In this document: positions 57,509-64,000 of the stretch, piece after piece | Layout of the letters: the number at the start of each line of letters is the position of its first letter | Numbering within the stretch: the stretch's first letter is position 1 | From: Utricularia gibba | Taxonomy: Eukaryota; Plantae; Magnoliophyta | DNA length: 64,000 nt | Assembly (NCBI GenBank): GCA_002189035.1 | Contig: NEEC01000018.1 | Location: 1,612,001-1,676,000 of the forward strand | Direction: 5' to 3' | The notes under the pieces: generated by a model | Seen by the model: only the letters and a program-made list of their open reading frames with translations | Databases searched by the model: none | Told to the model about the DNA's origin: nothing | Made by a program: the position numbers and the translations under genes

Positions 57509-58443
57509 CCTCTGAACACTCGTCATATAAGCATCAAAATCAAAACGCCGGTTCGCAGAACGAAACCAACAGAAGATTTGAAATTGCAATTGGAGGATTC
57601 TTGGGAAATGGGTTTAAGGGACTGGGATGGTCGCTTTTCATTAATTGTTTGGCTCATTAGCGCACCCCCACTCAGTGATTACTTCTCCTCGACCAATCCT
57701 CTCCTTTTTCAATTTCCCCCCTTTCCCTTCTGCGCCTTCTCGAGATAACCCCTCTTTTCAAAATTCAACTTTTAGATGCCCTAATAAGGTGCTTATACTA
57801 CAAGCAACTTTAGTTTTTTTCCAAATAAAAAAACAAACTTTTCCTCATTATATTATTTATTTGTTTATAACAAACAATGGGATGAGTCAAAGTTCAAACC
57901 TTGTGCTGATTTTCGAAATGGTAGGTATTGATTACGTGTACATCTTTTTGATGGAATGGACTAATGGAGACGCACCTTTTAAATGCATTCCCTATCTGGG
58001 TTGTTCTGGATATTCCGGGACAGCCATAACTAGGGCTGTTCGCAGATGGTGAGAAACTAGACATCCGTTCATTGAGGATCAACTAATGAATTGATAGCTG
58101 AAACCCATTTGGCCGCAACCATTTTTCCAGATTCCAAACAAGTTTCCATTACCCTTTTGATGCAAAAGTTCAATTTTTGCTCCATATATTTTTCTGAGAT
58201 TAGTCTGAGAATTCGGTTTAAGGTATGGGTTTGACCCCACGTTTCTGGTAATCGGCTACGCGTTATTTTTTTTCCCTGATGAGTAGGCAGGGGCGACATC
58301 TTTTCCCTGGCTCTTATGAAAATTCAAAATTGAAAATTTCAAACTGGGTGGTCTTTTATATAGAAGTTATTGGCTTCATGTTCCTTTGAGATATCATTAG
58401 TTGATTTGAGTTCAGGTTGAAGATTGGATAACCAAGAAAAAAA

Positions 58444-59484
58444 ATGTGTTCTTTGAAAGCTGCATTTAGCGTTCCTGACGCGGTGTTCAAGAACAAAAGT
58501 TCTGGGTCTGATATGGGCTGCTCCTCCCCATTTGGGTCTCTGCAATATAAGGAAACAAGTTTAGAGCTTGGGGGTAAAAGCAAAACCCTTGCTTCCTCAG
58601 ATCAGAAAGGGTATTCCACTCACCAGTTGAGCTTGAAGGCATCAACATTTGAGCCTCTTCATGTGAGCATCCATTTCACTTGCCATTCATTTCCTTTTGG
58701 CACTTGATTGTGTTTGAAAGTTAGAATTTTACTCCAGGTTGAGGCTTCTGCTACCTTTGGTCAATCTTTGAAATGGTGGGAAAAGTCTTCTCATCCAAAC
58801 ATGATTGATGTCAACTCAGCTCAAGAATTGGTGGATCTGCTATTGTATGCTGTGGATAATCTAGTTGTTGTTGAATTTTATTCACCTGGCTGTGGAGCCT
58901 GCAAAGTTTTGCATCCAAAGGTAAAGTTTTCTTCTTGGGAACAAGCTTTGTCTTCTCCTCTCTTTTGGTGTTGCTCTCTACACTTAACTTTGTAGGCATT
59001 ATATGATCCTGAAAATGTGTTGAAATTCAGTAGGTTTGACACTTCTTTTTTGGTTCTGTCTGAACAGATATGCCAATTCGCAGAGATGAACACAGATACC
59101 CTTTTTCTGAAGGTGAACTATGAAAAACATAAGCAAATGTGCCAGGCCCTTCATGTTCATGTTTTGCCCTTCTTTAGATTCTATAGGGGTGCAGAGGGCA
59201 GGCTGTGTAGTTTCAGTTGCACTAATGCAACGGTAAGGAATGATGCAATTCCATCTCATGGAACGTTTGCTATATACAGTTTACTCACTGTTATTCCTTC
59301 ACAGATCAAGAAATTCAAGGATGCATTGGCCAAGCATGGAACTGAACGTTGCAGTCTTGGCCCTACCAAAGGATTAGATGGATCAGAGCTTCTTTCATTG
59401 GCTTCGATTCATCAGATTTCAATAGCAGATGTAGGTGGTGGAAAATCTGCTCATCAGCAAAAAGATGTGATGGGAGTGAAGTAG
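58444..59484 (+). CDS. Chloroplast atypical Cys/His-rich (Lilium-type) thioredoxin, ACHT5-like, 4 exons
   Basis: Transit-peptide-like N-terminus, LKWWEKS, VVVEFYSPGCGACKVLHPK|ICQ, VHVLPFFRFYRGAEGRLCSFSCTNAT|IKKFKDALAKHGTERCSLGP. Confidence 0.9.
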
Positions 59485-60253
59485 AGAGATCAATGCTCCA
59501 CCAACACTCGGTTATCATCTGTAGCATTTCTACGTGAACTACATCATACTTGTTCAAGGTCTGTATCTAAGAGAAGGTCCACTCTGTTTTTTATGAGTAT
59601 AAGCCTTCTCTGTATTTGCATCTAACTGGAATGATGAAATTTTCAGAAAGCATACTGATCAGCATTGTTCGTTACTTGTTGGATCAGAACATTTCATAAA
59701 GATCACATTTTTATTTGTCATCTGAATCCATCATCAAAGCCAATCACGAAGGATTTGTTGGCACTGAACTGGTAATGGAACAAAACCAGGAATGAGCATT
59801 GCTGGAAGCATCATTAAACACTGTACTGTAGCTTCAAAAGATCCATCCACCAATTAACCATTCCAGTCGAAGGAGATCTACCAAAATGGAAAAACTAGGA
59901 TATGCTTATTTAGATAAACTCCATTGTATTGATGATGAAACAATTCGGCCATCTCTTTTTTGGTTTCTTTTGAGCTCATCCTCTGAGAGGTTCTGTGAAG
60001 AATGCATTCTCATCTTTTCAGTTCTAGGGTCAACCGCTGACTGTCTGTATATAATTGAAGGGCTAGAGTGCGTTTTCCCCCAGTTTAAGCCTTCTCTACA
60101 TTTGCATTTGACTTGCATCCCCCGGAACCGGGATGATCCAATTTTCTGCCAGACTGTATCCGTTGGCAATGTTTGTTACTTGAATCTAAAGTACAGAAGA
60201 AACCTTCGTAAAGTTTCTGCCAGACGCCATAGGCACCCATCTTTGTATCCTTG

Positions 60254-62102
60254 ATGGGAAAAGGGATGTCCAATAACTACTGGGGCCTTCCAGTGAAGGT
60301 TTCTGCAATCTGGTTGACCTGCATTCTGGTTTTCTTCTGTTTATTCAAATTGGATCTGCAGAGTTCCTCGTCTCGCCAAAATAGGAACTCCCATCAATCC
60401 GAATTGACAGGTAACTGTTTCCCTGAACGATAAATCGATACACATTCAGAGATCTCATTGTGGGTTTTCTGGGGGGTACGTTCACTGCATTCGTTAATGA
60501 CAGGATCATGCTGAAAACTGCTGAATATCCTGTTTTGATGTCGACATTGTGCTATTTCTGATCAGGGTTTTAGCTTAACTGACCTTATTGTTGTGGTGGG
60601 TCATCGGCAATGTTGATTTGTCTGTATTTGTATGAATCTCTGGGTTCCAAGCCTTTCTTTTCTGGAATCCAGATGCTCAACCTGCTGGGAAGAGGTCAGT
60701 TCTGTACGAAGAAATGGCTGCGGATCTGGGTAAAAACGGAGCTCATTTCCTGCAACAAGGAAAGACTTCACAGTCCTTAAATCTTTCAGATCTTTTTACC
60801 TTCAAGGATGGGACTGTCAGACCTGTCCTCAGGGTATTTACCAGAGACTTTACATCTTTCTTGTTTCAACAATTGTTTCTCATTAATCCTGTGATTCTGC
60901 ATGATCCAGGCCATGGATCCCCCTGTACGAGCAAATGTGTTGTATCTAAGTCCCCAGTTCTCTGTTCCCATCTCGTGAGTATCTTGTTAGCGAACTGTTC
61001 TCAAGAGAACAACATACAATCTGTTTGATGTATTGTATTCCACTGATGTTATGCAGAGAAGCTGTGAAGAGTATACTCTTGCCTTACTTTGATGGAGGTA
61101 AGCCAACAACATACTCTTCCTCCTGACTTCGAATGGCTGATGTTGATGGGATTTCTGCTTAGCAATCTGGTTTCAGGACTCCAATGTTTACCACTTTAGC
61201 ATGTTTCATGCCTCACATCACATAGCCCCTGTGCAGGCAACCAAGACAGAGGTGAGCATCTGCTCTAAGCTTTCTTGTTTGCCTTGTGCTATGCCCGCAA
61301 CCACCATATGGACCAACTCTTTTGGCATTCAGGTAGAAGCTGAAGCTGATTCAGTAAAAGCCGTTGCCAGAGCTCTCTGCCCGTTGAATATCATCCTGGA
61401 TCGAGTTGTTTTGATGTCCAGTGGTGTACTATTGGGTTGCTGGCAGGTAACCTTTCGGTTTCCGGAGCATAATATCGAGTCACACCGATAGCCCGAGGAA
61501 TCTGACTGCGTTTCCGATCATGTTCAGGTCGTTTCCGGTGATGATCCGGTAACTATTCGTGCCAGACTAAAAGCAGCGTTACCCAATGCTCCAAAAAAGC
61601 AGCTGGTAGTGGCCATTCTCTTAGTCTTGTTTAGAGCAATGTGGTTGGGTGCACTCTGTTTCCTTCCTCAGTTCACTTCATTTTTTTCCTGAGCAGTACA
61701 ATGAGGCCATGCTTCATACTTCGTTTGCAAGGCTGCTAGGGCCTGCAAAGAACTTGACAAAGGTACTGTAGATCATACAATTTCAGCTTCTAAAAGAACA
61801 CCCTTTTAGATTCTCTGATTGCTCCTTGGCTATGAACAGGAAGAAAGCAACATCCCGCAGCTTGAATTTTTCGGGAGCCTGGTGCGCAGACTTAACAACA
61901 AAATTAGTGGGCACAAGGTAAACTTTGCGGTTGATACTGATCTTCCTTTTCATGTCCCCATGCGGCTGAGGTTCTTACTTCCTGGCTGCAGGCAACCGTA
62001 TCAGAACTATGGTATGTGGAAGAGCAAGACCTCCTGGCTCTTGCACTGAATGGCAGAATGAAGATTCGGAAGTTTCCCCTCACCTGTTCTTCCCAGACAT
62101 GA
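60254..62102 (+). CDS. Uncharacterised N-terminally membrane-anchored plant protein with two HxS motifs (2H-phosphoesterase-like), 10 exons
   Basis: Ten exons with canonical GT-AG sites join in frame: MGKGMSNNYWGLPVKVSAIWLTCILVFFCLFKL...PPVRANVLYLSPQFSVPIS|EAVK...YHFSMFHASHH...LDRVVLMSSGVLLGCWQ|...LHTSFARLLG...ELWYVEEQDLLALALNGRMKIRKFPLTCSSQT*. Confidence 0.85.
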
Positions 62103-63128
62103 AATTCCATACAATCTGTGTACTGGGTTCAAAGAGTCAACAAGTAGGCACGCCACTGCTAGTAGCCTAGTTGTAACAATCACGCATTCAGTATAATAAT
62201 GTTACGTCATTTGTAGAAGTCCAACTGCCTGACTAGCAAGAACACTCATTTAAACGCTCCTGCTCTAGAATCATTGGGCAACATTTTTTGAAATAGTTTC
62301 ACATCATTCAAAGAAGGCACAGCATTATGAACTTCAGCATATGAAACTTTGTACAGTACCTATTATTTATAATTATGATTCATAACAACCGAGCGAGCAG
62401 AGGGGAGGCTGGCCGAGGAGGAAGCTGGGATGGAGTCAATGGCAGGAAGCGCATTGGAACACGCCACCCAATACAGTTGACAAGCAGAACACATCCATCC
62501 AGTGGGTTGGGTTGCCCCGACCCTACAATACAACTGTATAAATGTGAACGCGCCAGCCTATGTACCCATTTTTCTCAGAAAACTGGAGTCCACTAAAAAA
62601 ACAAGACTTACAAGAGCGATAGATTTGTCCCGTTCCCAAAACATGGGCCACGTTGCCGTCGCCGACTGCCAGTAGTATTATAAGGTTTTCACGTGCAATG
62701 ATGTCGGTCCGCTCGCGTTAGGTTAGAAAGTATACAAACATTAAGAGTATAAAAATCAGTTAGTAGAATTTGGAACTAACAGGAGGCAGTCAGAAGAGGA
62801 ACCGGGTCACGAGGTTGGGTAGTAGCAGTCATTCCCAAGCAATCTGAAAGGCAGATTGTGGTTAAAATGAAAGAAACCGCACAACGCCCTTTCCATTACG
62901 CTCCTTGTGGCGTAGTGTGAAAAAGGAAAGCGAAAAACAAAGATATCACTTACGTTTAGAACTTGAATTTTCGTGAGTGATAGGACAGGGGTAGGGACAC
63001 ACACCATATTTGTTTATTGTCGATGAGTGAAGCTAGGAAGTAGTATATTAATGGGAGCCAAGGCATTCAAGCCGAATACAGTTATACCAGCCAGAGTTGG
63101 CTCATCCTCCAGGATTCCTGCTGCAACC

Positions 63129-64000
63129 ATGGAGAAGAAGGAGATCAACAGCGCAAAGAAAGAGCCGAACTACAGAGGAATCAAAGCCATGCCTTACGTT
63201 ATGGGTAAGTTTCGAAGAATCATTTTGCAGCTCCGGGAACAAGAAATGAGGATTTGATTTACCTGGGTTGTGTTTTTCTGTTCAGGGAATGAGACTTTTG
63301 AGAAGCTCGGGACAATTGGGACTTCCACAAATCTGTTGATATACCTTACCACAGTCTTCAACTTCAAGTCTATTACTGCAACTAACCTTGTCAATATCTT
63401 CAATGGAACCTGCAACTTTGGAACCTTGCTTGGTGCCTTCCTCTCTGATACTTATCTGGGTCGTTATAAGACTCTGGGTATCGCTTCAGTCTCTTCTTTC
63501 CTGGTAAGGAAACAAAGACTCTTAACTCAAACAGCAACTCGGTGGTTAGAGAAGTGAAAACCAACTCTTTTGTTACTCTGGAATTCAGGGGATGGTAGTG
63601 CTAACACTGACAGCGGTGTTCCCAAGTCTGCGTCCTCCTCCTTGTGGACTCAGCAACAACGTTGCATGCATCAGCCCTTCAGCTGGGCAGCTCACATTTC
63701 TGTTCACTGCATTCGTATTTCTTGTGATCGGTGCAAGCGGGATTCGACCATGTAATCTCGCATTTGGTGCAGATCAGTTCAATCCCAATACCGAAGAGGG
63801 AAAGCGAGGTACAAGCAGCTTCTTCAATTGGTACTACTTAACGTTCACCTTCGCCATGATGCTGTCATTGACGGTGATCGTGTACGTGCAATCTGATGTA
63901 AGCTGGGCTATAGGATTGGGAATTCCTGCCTTCTTAATGTTCCTATCCTGTTTGTTGTTCTTCCTCGGAACCAAGATTTATGTCATAGTTTTGCCTGAGG
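63129..64000 (+). CDS. NRT1/PTR (NPF) family transporter, NPF2.9-2.11-like, 5' part; runs off the right edge
   Basis: [12 protein letters not shown]|GNETFEKLG (ExxEK proton-coupling motif), [47 protein letters not shown]. Confidence 0.94.

Overview
Very gene-dense flowering-plant (eudicot-like) nuclear DNA. I find about 21 spliced protein-coding genes plus one decayed pseudogene in 64 kb (about one locus per 2.9 kb), mostly 60-120 bp introns, and short AT-rich spacers; no tRNA, rRNA, CRISPR array or intact transposon. Gene order: SGT1 (partial), PP2A B', AUG6, cytosolic G6PD, At3g27210-like, DCD/NRP, PMT methyltransferase, SDN exonuclease, PTEN2, IRX14, type-B MGD, DBR1, TRM/LONGIFOLIA, TIM9, TOM5, PHD+Myb (TRFL10-like), CAND2/PMTR1-like pseudogene, X8/PDCB, kelch-repeat, ACHT thioredoxin, an uncharacterised membrane protein with a 2H-phosphoesterase signature, and NPF2 (partial). 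Main observations: (i) the membrane-anchored 2H-like protein; (ii) an intron-retaining, multiply disabled CAND2/PMTR1-like pseudogene that the ORF track misses; (iii) a type-B MGD lacking the conserved GGGEG loop; (iv) three inferred GC-AG introns, two of them in AUG6; (v) five frameshifts, each at a G/C homopolymer one base short, probably assembly errors. Family assignments and reference motifs come from recalled homologue sequences, not database searches. Exon boundaries were read by hand.
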